50,674 nt of DNA. Origin: Candidatus Zambryskiibacteriota bacterium. GTDB lineage: Bacteria; Patescibacteriota; Minisyncoccia; Phycocordibacterales; DATDWN01. Of the stretch, positions 36,480 to 44,807 are shown piece after piece. The position numbers were made by a program, and so were the translations under genes. Every line of letters begins with the position of its first letter. Positions within the stretch are counted from its first letter, which is position 1. The stretch lies in contig JAHFOB010000005.1 in the NCBI GenBank assembly GCA_023267045.1, positions 1-50,674 of the forward strand, written 5' to 3'. The notes below the pieces were generated by a model. That model saw only the letters and a list, made by a program, of their open reading frames with translations. It was not told where the DNA came from and searched no databases.

Positions 36480-38033
36480 ATGAAAGCAATCATACTAGCT
36501 AGAGAGTCTGATAAAAACCAAGACTCTAATGATGCCCAACTTTCCCGCATACTTTTGTATGTCAAAGCAAATGGTCTTGAAGAATGGAAGGTTTTTAAGC
36601 TCAAGGAGTCTTCTACAAAAGGATACAGAAAAAAGTTTCAAGAGATTATTGAAATCATAAAGACTTCCAAAGAGGTTATTGCTGTAGTAGTTGATACGGT
36701 AGATAGACTTCAAAGAAGTTTTCGTGAGTCAGTTGTCTTTGACGAACTTCGTAAAGAAGGAAAAGTAGAACTACATTTCTATCGGGAAAATCTTGTTATA
36801 AATAAGAAATCAAACAGTGCAGACCTTTTGCGATGGGATATGGGAGTAATGTTTGCAAAGAGTTATGTTTTGCAGTTGAGCGATAATGTTAAACGAAAAC
36901 AGGACAAGATGAGAGAAGATAATGAAATAACAGGAGCTCCTCCAATTGGTTACAAAAGCATTTACAATGACAATCCTTTAAGAATAAGACGAATTGATGT
37001 CGTTCCAGATGAAAAAGACCATTTCATCGTAAAAATCTATGAAGAGTATGCTAAAGGAGATGTTTCTGTTCAGACGCTTTCGGACAGAATGTATAAACTT
37101 GGTTTCAGAAGCAAAATAGATGGAAAAGTAAATCACGCTATGATTTTCAAAATCTTGAATGACCCTTTCTATTACGGATATGCATATTCAAGAACACACG
37201 ACTTGCTCTACCCTCACAAATATCAAACTATTATTTCAAAAGAACTATTTGAGAAGTGCCAAGATGTAATGCAAAGACATAATAAAGTTCCTACAAAGTA
37301 TGCTTCAAAACCTTTCGTTTTTAGAGGTCTGATTATCTGTGGCAAATGTGGAGGTGTTGTAGGAGGTCAAATACAGAAAGGTAAATATGCTTATTACAGC
37401 TGTTCAGGTTTCAAAGACTGTAAAAGAGTGTATGTGCCAGAGCAAGAGCTTCTAGGGCAAGTATATGAGGTTCTGGACAGCATTAAGCTCTCTGACGAGC
37501 GTATAGCAGAGATAACAGAAGGTTTGAAGCAGATAGGAGAAAGTGAAAATAAGTTCCATAAGGTCAATGTAAGTGGCTTAAAGGCAGAGTATGACCGATA
37601 TGAGGCAAGAGTAAAGAAAATGTATGAGGATAGACTTGATGGTCGTATTACAGATGAAATGTATGACAACTTATTAAGAGAATACAAATCTAAACAAGCT
37701 GAAATACTAGAACAGATGAAAGACCACTCTGATGCTGATGAACAGTTCTATATCAGCGCAAATGCAGTGTTAAATCTGGCTAAACGAGCAAAGGAAATCT
37801 TTATGAGTTCTGAAGTAGACGAAAAAAGGCAACTTTTGGGATTTCTACTTTCTAACTGCGTATTAAATGAAAAAACGCTAGGTTTTACCTTGCGTTCTCC
37901 ATTCAATCTGATGGCTACTTTATCAGATGATATTACGATGCGGGCATTCACGGTACGCCATTCGAACCGTGAAACGAGTTGCGAACGAATTGTGGAAGTG
38001 GGCGAAAGAGGAAGTGGCACGCCGGAACGATGA
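36480..38033 (+). CDS. Large serine recombinase (resolvase + recombinase + Zn-ribbon + coiled coil); last ~29 aa derive from the neighbouring element
   Basis: ILARESD (catalytic Ser), DRLQRS, APPIGY, ILNDPFYYG, IISKELF, CGKCG...YYSC. Confidence 0.92.
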   Translation: MKAIILARESDKNQDSNDAQLSRILLYVKANGLEEWKVFKLKESSTKGYRKKFQEIIEIIKTSKEVIAVVVDTVDRLQRSFRESVVFDELRKEGKVELHFYRENLVINKKSNSADLLRWDMGVMFAKSYVLQLSDNVKRKQDKMREDNEITGAPPIGYKSIYNDNPLRIRRIDVVPDEKDHFIVKIYEEYAKGDVSVQTLSDRMYKLGFRSKIDGKVNHAMIFKILNDPFYYGYAYSRTHDLLYPHKYQTIISKELFEKCQDVMQRHNKVPTKYASKPFVFRGLIICGKCGGVVGGQIQKGKYAYYSCSGFKDCKRVYVPEQELLGQVYEVLDSIKLSDERIAEITEGLKQIGESENKFHKVNVSGLKAEYDRYEARVKKMYEDRLDGRITDEMYDNLLREYKSKQAEILEQMKDHSDADEQFYISANAVLNLAKRAKEIFMSSEVDEKRQLLGFLLSNCVLNEKTLGFTLRSPFNLMATLSDDITMRAFTVRHSNRETSCERIVEVGERGSGTPER

Positions 38034-39128
38034 CGAGAACGGTGTGGAAGATCCGAATTTCACGCCAGCTGAGAAACGACGAACGCGACAATGTCGATCA
38101 TTGCGACACGCCGCCTAATGCATTGTCGCGAGGTGCGATGTCACGGCGTCAGCTGCCCAGCAAGCCTACGTTCCGGGGAGCGTCCAGGAGATATCGATCG
38201 AATCCCTACGGTCGTCGAAACTTTAGATCGTCCTCAAAAAGAGACAGTTGCTTGCCATCCGCCCTCATGGTCGCCATGGTTCGGTCGGCTGTCTGGACGA
38301 ACAACAGTGCTAATGCCAGACGATCAATTGGAGGTTTTGAGACGGCGTGGCTAGTGACGTATCGACATAAGTCATTGTAGGGCTTATAGTTACAGTCAGT
38401 CGTTCCCATGAGTCCACCTCATGTGCACGAGCCTGGCCTATTGGCCAGGTGCCTCCGGGGTGCGAACCCGGAGGCCTTTTATATATCACAGAATTGTCGC
38501 TTCTGGGAAGAGCTTGCAACCTTGGGCAATTTTGTGCTTGACGGATTTTTGGTAAAACAGGACAATTGCAGGGTTCTAGGTTAGTCGTATTCAAGAGTCC
38601 ACCTCTTGAGTGTGACGAATTGGGCTCCTGGAGGTGCGAACTTCAGGAGCCCTTCCCTTTTGGGCACTATCATCCCGCATTCTTGACGTCTTCCCACACC
38701 GAATCCCGATCAACCGATCCGCTCTCATTTTTCAGTTCTTCTCGCTCCTTCGCAATCCGAATGACGATGCGCAGGTAGTCGTGAAGCCAACGATGGGCTT
38801 CATCGTTTGCCTCGCCAACCAGTTCCGGAAAGAAGTCTGGCAAGCCGGCGCGTCGTCGACGTGGTGCGTCCGTTGTCCACTCATCGGGCGATGAATCCAG
38901 GTGCCGTGCTACCGACCAATTGTTGTCTCGTTCAGATCTCACCGGGTCACAGTACCAAGCGCGGATCACCAGTCAAGGAGCCTGGCCCCTTCTCGCAATT
39001 CGAATCCCTCGGAGGGTCAGCGCCCATCACTTCGTTTCCTGCCCTGCCGCGAACCCGAAGACTCGGGCTCAGTTGAGCCACTTTCTCTGGTTATCCACAG
39101 CCACGACGGTAGATGTTTCCACTTGCGG
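37939..39128. mobile_element. GC-rich ~1.2-kb non-autonomous element or remnant between the recombinase and tRNA-Ser
   Basis: Abrupt GC rise at 37939 (one sampled 60-mer is 34/60 G+C); bounded by TGCGG at 37939 and 39124; no intact recombinase. Confidence 0.6.
38670..38969 (-). CDS. Possible small helical protein of the GC-rich element
   Basis: Protein-like segment DFFPELVGEANDEAHRWLHDYLRIVIRIAKERE; start uncertain. Confidence 0.35.
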   Translation of the reverse strand: MIRAWYCDPVRSERDNNWSVARHLDSSPDEWTTDAPRRRRAGLPDFFPELVGEANDEAHRWLHDYLRIVIRIAKEREELKNESGSVDRDSVWEDVKNAG

Positions 39129-39210
39129 AAGTGGTGAGATTCGAACTCACGGTACCTTGCGGCACTCTCGTTTTCAAGACGAGCGCGTTAGACCTCTCCG
39201 CCACACTTCC
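39126..39210 (-). tRNA. tRNA-Ser(UGA)
   Basis: ggaagtg/cacttcc-g acceptor stem, anticodon loop CTTGAAA, long variable arm gtgcc-gcaa-ggtac. Confidence 0.93.
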
Positions 39211-39227
39211 CTCTGAACTTTAGCATT

Positions 39228-39632
39228 CTATATCTTTTTTCCCTTTATTTCAAATTGATTTTTTATATCTTTGTGTAAATGATGTTCTTCATAATGACAG
39301 TTAGGACAAATAAGTTCTAGGTTATTTAAATCATTATTTAGTCGGTTTCTATCCTTATGGTGTACTTGCAGTATTTCAAGTTTATTGTAGCCGCATCGCT
39401 CACAGATTACACCCCTTTCTTTCATTAGTCTAACCTTCAAAGCTTGTTGAGATTTTACTTTATCTCTTGGACTACCAATTTTATATTTGATACCAGCTCT
39501 ATTTATATTTGCACAAGTTCTACTACAAGTCTTTTTATTTAGTCCTGACAAAATAAGTTTTCCACAAACAACACAGGGTATTTCTTTTTTCTGAGAAGTG
39601 CCATAACAATTTATGCTACAAAAATTTGACTT
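39228..39632 (-). pseudogene. HNH endonuclease with Cys motifs, apparently 5'-truncated
   Basis: CERCG..LQVHHKDRNRLNN..NL.LICPNCH. The frame continues upstream of the TTG (FCSINC...CVVCGK) and reaches a stop with no ATG. Confidence 0.6.
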
Positions 39633-39669
39633 AATGCAATAATGAGGTTTTTACTGTAAACTGGTCTTT

Positions 39670-40059
39670 ATGAAATATTTGGGAATTGATTATGGGACAA
39701 AAAAGGTTGGAATTGCTATATCGGACGATAAACAACAGTTTTCTTTTCCTCTTGTAGTTTTAGACAACACAAAGGAACTTATTTCGGAAATAGAAGAAAT
39801 TTGTAAAGAAAATAATATAGTAAAAATAATAGTTGGGGAGTCAAAAAACTTTGCCCAAAAAGAAAATGAGGTGATGAAAGAGATTTTGCCGTTTGTAGAA
39901 AAATTAAAAAAATTGGGTCTAAAAGTTGTCATGCACCCAGAATTCATGACATCCCAAGAAGCCGAGAGATTACAAGGAAAAAACTTGATGCACGATGCAT
40001 CCGCCGCCGCTCTGATATTAAAAAGCTATTTAGATACAGAAAAAAATCATGGAAAATAA
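39670..40059 (+). CDS. ruvX: YqgF/RuvX-family nuclease
   Basis: YLGIDYGTKKVGIAISD, EFMTS.EA, DASAAALIL.SYL. Confidence 0.9.
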   Translation: MKYLGIDYGTKKVGIAISDDKQQFSFPLVVLDNTKELISEIEEICKENNIVKIIVGESKNFAQKENEVMKEILPFVEKLKKLGLKVVMHPEFMTSQEAERLQGKNLMHDASAAALILKSYLDTEKNHGK

Positions 40060-40402
40060 ACCGACTATATCAATAGACGACTTTAAAAAACTAGAAATAA
40101 AAATAGGGGAGATTAAAAGTGCTGAAAAAATAGAAAATGCAGACAAGCTTTTGAAACTGTCGGTAGATTTTGGTGAAGAATCACCGCGTCAGATTGTCTC
40201 TGGTATTTCTACTTTTTTCCCCGATCCACAAACCCTTATTGGTAAAAAATGTGCTTTTGCCACAAATCTTGAACCAAGAACAATACGTGGATTTCTAAGT
40301 CAGGGGATGATACTTGCTGTGAGTGGAGAAAGTGACCAAAATTCATTCTTCTCTCTTCTTGAAACCAATAGTGATATCCTCCCAGGCAGTACAGTCAGAT
40401 AG
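40049..40402 (+). CDS. Stand-alone tRNA-binding OB-fold (MetG C-terminal/Trbp111-like)
   Basis: ISIDDF.KLEIKIG, ADKLLKL.VDFGE, NLEPR, SQGMILA. Confidence 0.88.
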   Translation: MENKPTISIDDFKKLEIKIGEIKSAEKIENADKLLKLSVDFGEESPRQIVSGISTFFPDPQTLIGKKCAFATNLEPRTIRGFLSQGMILAVSGESDQNSFFSLLETNSDILPGSTVR

Positions 40403-40446
40403 CCTTTTCCCTAGCTAGTATCTTCATTTTTGTTATAATTAACGGG

Positions 40447-41430
40447 ATGAAGTTCAATAAAATCTTCAACGCTTTTCCTCCACCCAAATTTCTTGACATT
40501 CCTTTTGCTGGCCTGTCGATTTCTGACTCTGCAGTTAGAGTTGTCCAGTTTAGCAAAAAAAGAGGCAAGCTAAGTATTCAAAAACACGGAGAAAAAACTC
40601 TATCTCCAGGAGTCGTTACATCTGGGCAAATAAATAACAAAGACGAACTCGTAAAAGTTATCCAAGATTTAAAAAAAGAACTCAACCTAGATTACGTCAG
40701 AGTTTCTTTACCAGAAGAAAAAGCATATCTTTTTACAGCCAAAATTCCTGTAGTAGGGAAAAAAGAAGTTCGAAGTGCAATTGAGTCAAAAATAGAAGAA
40801 AATGTACCGGTTCCACCAGGAGAACTGACTTTTGACTACAGACTTTTTTATCATAAAGAAAAAGAACACTTGGATGTGGTTGTTTCAAACTTGCCGATAA
40901 GTGTTGTCCAAACTTATGTTGATATAATACAAAATTCAAACTTGTCACTCCTTTCTTTGGAAATAGAATCTCAAGCAATAATTCGTTCTGTTGTTCATAG
41001 CAACAGTCTCGGTACAGTTTTAATTATTAATTTTGGTCCAGAAAAAGTTGGTTTATACGTTGCTAGTTTCGGAGTAGTTCGTTTTACTTCAACTGTTCAA
41101 ATAAAAGGCAATTTTACCAAAGATAATATGGAAAACAATCAAGGTCTTTTACTGCAGGAATTGAAAAAACTAAACATTTATTGGCATACACTAAAAGAAA
41201 ACATAGATAAACCAGACATGCAAATAACTCAAATAATTGTTTGTGGGGAAAACTTTGATGAATCTATTGTCACATATCTGTCATCACACAATTCCACTCC
41301 TGTTGTAATGGGCAATGTCTGGGTGAATGCTTTTGATGTCAATAAAGAAGTCCCAGATATTTCATTTAACGACTCTCTACGTTTTGCTGGGGCGGTTGGG
41401 CTGGCTCTTCCAAATGATATTTTAATTTAA
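40447..41430 (+). CDS. pilM: Type IV pilus assembly protein PilM-like
   Basis: GLSISDSAVR, SLPEEK, LEIESQA, FAGAVGLAL; first gene of an MNO-like operon. Confidence 0.75.
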   Translation: MKFNKIFNAFPPPKFLDIPFAGLSISDSAVRVVQFSKKRGKLSIQKHGEKTLSPGVVTSGQINNKDELVKVIQDLKKELNLDYVRVSLPEEKAYLFTAKIPVVGKKEVRSAIESKIEENVPVPPGELTFDYRLFYHKEKEHLDVVVSNLPISVVQTYVDIIQNSNLSLLSLEIESQAIIRSVVHSNSLGTVLIINFGPEKVGLYVASFGVVRFTSTVQIKGNFTKDNMENNQGLLLQELKKLNIYWHTLKENIDKPDMQITQIIVCGENFDESIVTYLSSHNSTPVVMGNVWVNAFDVNKEVPDISFNDSLRFAGAVGLALPNDILI

Positions 41431-41434
41431 AATC

Positions 41435-41974
41435 ATGTTCAATCTTCTCCCAGAAAATTTGAAAGATAAAATAAAATCAGAATACAGGGCTCGCAGATTT
41501 ATTATTATTCTTTTTTTCATAATATCACTGCAGGCTACTTTTTTGGTCTTTCTATTTCCGTCTTGGTTCATATCTTTTTCTCGTGAGAAAACTTCGATCT
41601 CGAGGTCTGATCAGGCTAATGCCTATTTTGCCATTCTGGATTCTACTAACGTTGTTTCTCTAGTCAAAAGCATAAACACCAGACTAAGAATCATCGACAA
41701 TGAATTATCATACGTTAAAGCTACACCGTATATAAATGTTGTTATTTCAGAAAAACCAAGCTCCTTAAAAATAAATAAACTTTCTTTTATTGCTACATCA
41801 GCAACATCAAGCACGCTTTTTATTGGAGGCAACTCTGTTTCTCGAGAATCACTAGTTTTATTTGTTAAAAGTTTGCAGGATTCAAAAATGTTTAATACGG
41901 TCGATTTGCCGATATCAAATCTGGCAAAAGATAAAAATATTGATTTTACAGTTAATTTAAGTTTTCAAATATAA
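41435..41974 (+). CDS. PilN-like protein
   Basis: MFNLLP start, single TM, G.S.SRESL..FV..L. Confidence 0.7.
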   Translation: MFNLLPENLKDKIKSEYRARRFIIILFFIISLQATFLVFLFPSWFISFSREKTSISRSDQANAYFAILDSTNVVSLVKSINTRLRIIDNELSYVKATPYINVVISEKPSSLKINKLSFIATSATSSTLFIGGNSVSRESLVLFVKSLQDSKMFNTVDLPISNLAKDKNIDFTVNLSFQI

Positions 41975-41978
41975 AGAC

Positions 41979-42542
41979 ATGAGAGGATTAAGATCTTTCA
42001 AAATAATACTGATCGTCATGGCAATATGTTCCTTCTCTATTTTTGTAGCAGACTATTTTCTTTTTCGTGACATTAAAATAAAAAATGAACACATTTCTAG
42101 TCTTGAAAACGATTTATCTTTGCAGGACAAAAGACAAGAATATTTGGTTTCAACCCAAAAACTAGTAAAGAGTGTTGAACAAGATATTGCCAACATAAAC
42201 AATTCGATTATTCCAAAACAAAATGATGTTAAGTTTATTGAAGGTATAGAAACTATGGCAAAAGATAATAATCTTAAAATCGAAATCAATTCTTTGTTTA
42301 CACAAAATGATGAAGTAGCTTCCACCACAGCAACAATTCTTTCTATGAAAGTAAAAACTACTGGTGGTTGGTCAGGTACCTATAAATTTCTTGCTGAAAT
42401 AGAATCTCTTCCTTTCAAAATAAAAATTGGAAATATGACTATGTATAGTAGTAATATAGGTGGTGATGGTGCTGTTGTCGCCAAAAAAACAGCTTCTGTT
42501 TGGGAAGGATCTTTTGATATTAAAGTTTTGGAATACAAATAA
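41979..42542 (+). CDS. PilO-like protein
   Basis: TM + coiled coil + G.W...KFL..IE.LP; follows pilMN. Confidence 0.65.
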   Translation: MRGLRSFKIILIVMAICSFSIFVADYFLFRDIKIKNEHISSLENDLSLQDKRQEYLVSTQKLVKSVEQDIANINNSIIPKQNDVKFIEGIETMAKDNNLKIEINSLFTQNDEVASTTATILSMKVKTTGGWSGTYKFLAEIESLPFKIKIGNMTMYSSNIGGDGAVVAKKTASVWEGSFDIKVLEYK

Positions 42543-42543
42543 T

Positions 42544-42879
42544 ATGTCAAAAATATTTCAAAAAATAAAATATTTTTACCACAAAATAAGACACAAAAAA
42601 GAGTCTTATGAAAAATCGGGGACAAAACCTTCTCGAGATTGGAAAATGATAATTATACTAGCTCAAACGGCAGTATTTATTTTGGCTGGGGTTGCTTACT
42701 ATTATTACATTCAGATTGAGCAAGGTAAATTATATTTGGTTAAAAAAGGTTTGGGTAAAAATAATATTCAAATAAACTCTATTTTGTTCAAAAAAACAGT
42801 TGATGATTTTAATTCTCGTATGAGCACGTTTTCAGATATAACATCTGGTAAGGGCATACCAAAAGATCCATCGATTTAA
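42544..42879 (+). CDS. Hypothetical single-TM protein (pil operon)
   Basis: ATG at 42544 immediately after the pilO-like stop; P.RDW motif plus TM. Confidence 0.6.
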   Translation: MSKIFQKIKYFYHKIRHKKESYEKSGTKPSRDWKMIIILAQTAVFILAGVAYYYYIQIEQGKLYLVKKGLGKNNIQINSILFKKTVDDFNSRMSTFSDITSGKGIPKDPSI

Positions 42880-42918
42880 TTTCACAGCTTGTCACTATTG
42901 TGGTAATGTGTTGTCAAT

Positions 42919-42990
42919 GCTCTCGTAGTTCAATGGACAGAACCACGGACTTCTAAGCCGTTGATGCAAGTTCGATTCTTGCCGAGAGCA
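42919..42990 (+). tRNA. tRNA-Arg(UCU)
   Basis: gctctcg/cgagagc acceptor stem, anticodon loop CTTCTAA. Confidence 0.9.
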
Positions 42991-43036
42991 CAAAATTCTT
43001 GATTATTAAGTAAATTTACGATAATGTTTACCCGTT

Positions 43037-43109
43037 GCGCGATTAGCTCAGTTGGTAGAGCAATTCATTTACACTGAATAGGTCGCAGGTTCGAGCCCTG
43101 CATCGCGCA
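43037..43109 (+). tRNA. tRNA-Val(UAC)
   Basis: Anticodon arm attca-TTTACAC-tgaat; T-arm gcaggTTCGAGCcctgc. Confidence 0.93.
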
Positions 43110-43140
43110 CACTTTTAAAAGTTCTATAAAATAATATATA

Positions 43141-43845
43141 ATGGACCGAATGAAAATACCGAATTGCGTGGGGATCATTATGGATGGAAATCGTCGCTGG
43201 GCAAAAAATAAAGGGATAGTGGCTCTTAAAGGGCACTCCGCAGGTGGAGAAACTCTAAAGAAAACCGTGACATGGGCTAGAGACCTAGGTGTAAAACACA
43301 TTATTTTCTTTACATTTTCAACAGAAAACTGGAAAAGATCAGAAGAAGAGGTCTCGTATCTCTTAAACCTAATCAGAGAATTTTTGGAGAAAGAATTCGA
43401 ATATTTTAATAAAGAAGGTGGAGTTTTACACTTTGCGGGGGATTTGTCGCGCTTTTCACCAGATTTACAGAAAGTGCTTATGGATGCAAAAGAAAAAACG
43501 TCAAAAAATACTGGAGTCCATGTTTATTTTGCTTTGAACTACGGTGGACGAGCCGAAATACTTTCTGCTGTTAAAAAAATTGTAGAAGAGAATACCCAAA
43601 AAAATATACAGCCAGAAGATGTGACAGAAGAATATTTTGCTAAACATTTACAAACTGAAAACATGCCTGACCCAGATATTATTATCCGTACCTCTGGCGA
43701 GCAGAGACTGTCTGGTTTTTTGCCGTGGCAAGGAGTGTACTCAGAACTTTTTTTTACAAAAACTCTCTGGCCAGATTTTTCAAAAGAAGAGTTCGAGAAG
43801 ATTTTAGAAGAATACTCCAGCCGTGATCGAAGGATTGGTAAGTAA
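43141..43845 (+). CDS. uppS: Undecaprenyl diphosphate synthase
   Basis: IIMDGNRRWA, FSTENWKR, NYGGRAEI, IRTSGEQRLSGFL.WQ. Confidence 0.96.
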   Translation: MDRMKIPNCVGIIMDGNRRWAKNKGIVALKGHSAGGETLKKTVTWARDLGVKHIIFFTFSTENWKRSEEEVSYLLNLIREFLEKEFEYFNKEGGVLHFAGDLSRFSPDLQKVLMDAKEKTSKNTGVHVYFALNYGGRAEILSAVKKIVEENTQKNIQPEDVTEEYFAKHLQTENMPDPDIIIRTSGEQRLSGFLPWQGVYSELFFTKTLWPDFSKEEFEKILEEYSSRDRRIGK

Positions 43846-43904
43846 ATAAAATTTTATAATTTATAATTTTTAAAAATTAAAAATTCAAAAATTAAAAATT
43901 ATTT

Positions 43905-44660
43905 ATGCAACCCGAAATACTATACGAAGACAAAGATGTATTGGCTATAAACAAGCCGTCTGGACTTGTTGTTCACCTCAGTAGTAGAGCAAAAGCTCAC
44001 TACGGGGCAAGCAGTGACGAAGAGCACACTTTGGTTGATTGGATTATGTCAAAATATCCAGAAATAAAAGAAGTCGGCGAGCCAGGAAAAACCCCAACAG
44101 GACAAATAATTTATCGTCCCGGCATTGTTCACAGACTAGACAGAGAAACTTCCGGAGTGATGTTGGTGGCAAAAAATCAAAAATCTTTTGAAAATTTGAA
44201 AGAGCAATTTCAGAAGCACGAAATAGAAAAAACCTATCATGCTTTTGTTAATGGAGAAATTAAAAATGAAGAGGGTGTGATAGATAGACCGATCGGTCGC
44301 AGTAGTAAAGATTTTCGTATGTGGTCAGCTCAACGTGGTGCTAGGGGAGAGATGCGAGAAGCTGTGACAAACTATAAGGTTATCTCTCGAAAGAAAATAA
44401 ATGCCCAAGGGTATTCCTTTATTGAAGTTCGTCCTAAAACTGGTAGAACACATCAGATACGTGTTCATTTCAAAGCCATTCATCATCCACTTGTTGCTGA
44501 CTCACTCTACGCTCCATCTACAGAAAATAGTCTTGGTTTCAAACGTCTAGCTTTGCATTCCTACATTGTTACTTTCAAAGATACAAAAGACAAAAGTCAT
44601 ACTGTTACAGCGCCATATCCGGAGGATTTTGAGAAAGCGATTAAAATTTTCAATTTTTAA
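43905..44660 (+). CDS. RluA/RluD-family pseudouridine synthase with an in-frame hairpin insertion (43976-44011)
   Basis: NKPSGLVVH, IVHRLDRETSG, TGRTHQIRVH; extra peptide LSSRAKAHYGAS. Confidence 0.92.
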   Translation: MQPEILYEDKDVLAINKPSGLVVHLSSRAKAHYGASSDEEHTLVDWIMSKYPEIKEVGEPGKTPTGQIIYRPGIVHRLDRETSGVMLVAKNQKSFENLKEQFQKHEIEKTYHAFVNGEIKNEEGVIDRPIGRSSKDFRMWSAQRGARGEMREAVTNYKVISRKKINAQGYSFIEVRPKTGRTHQIRVHFKAIHHPLVADSLYAPSTENSLGFKRLALHSYIVTFKDTKDKSHTVTAPYPEDFEKAIKIFNF

Positions 44661-44751
44661 TTTTGCAATTTTCAATCAATTTACAATGACCAAATTTCAC
44701 ACTGAAACATTGAAAATTCAATGAAAATTGATAATTGTAAATTAAAAATTA
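44645..44751. repeat. Dispersed AT-rich palindromic element, homologue of 27168-27276; supplies the stop codon of the RluA-family gene
   Basis: aatttttcaatttttaattttgcaattttcaatcaatttacaatg ... cattgaaaattcaatgaaaattgataattgtaaattaaaaatt. Confidence 0.75.
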
Positions 44752-44807
44752 TTTAGTCAGATTGTAATTTGCAAAGTTAGATTTAATATGTTAGCTTACT
44801 AATCACT

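Larger units (their letters stand above)
30068..37943. mobile_element. Integrative serine-recombinase/Rep element (~7.9 kb) at the tRNA-Ser 3' end
   Basis: The left junction ttgcgggagtggttagat resembles the tRNA-Ser end ttgcggaagtggtgagat, and TGCGG recurs at 37939 inside the recombinase. Cargo: TA pair, Rep, excisionase-like HTH, recombinase. Confidence 0.75.

Noticed and set aside
30068-37943. Intact prophage or ICE
   Set aside because: No capsid, terminase, tail, relaxase-T4SS or coupling-protein genes.
37979-39216. Overlapping ORFs in the GC-rich segment as a real operon
   Set aside because: High GC lengthens chance ORFs and they overlap in several frames; only the junction frames and two minus-strand ORFs were kept, at low confidence.
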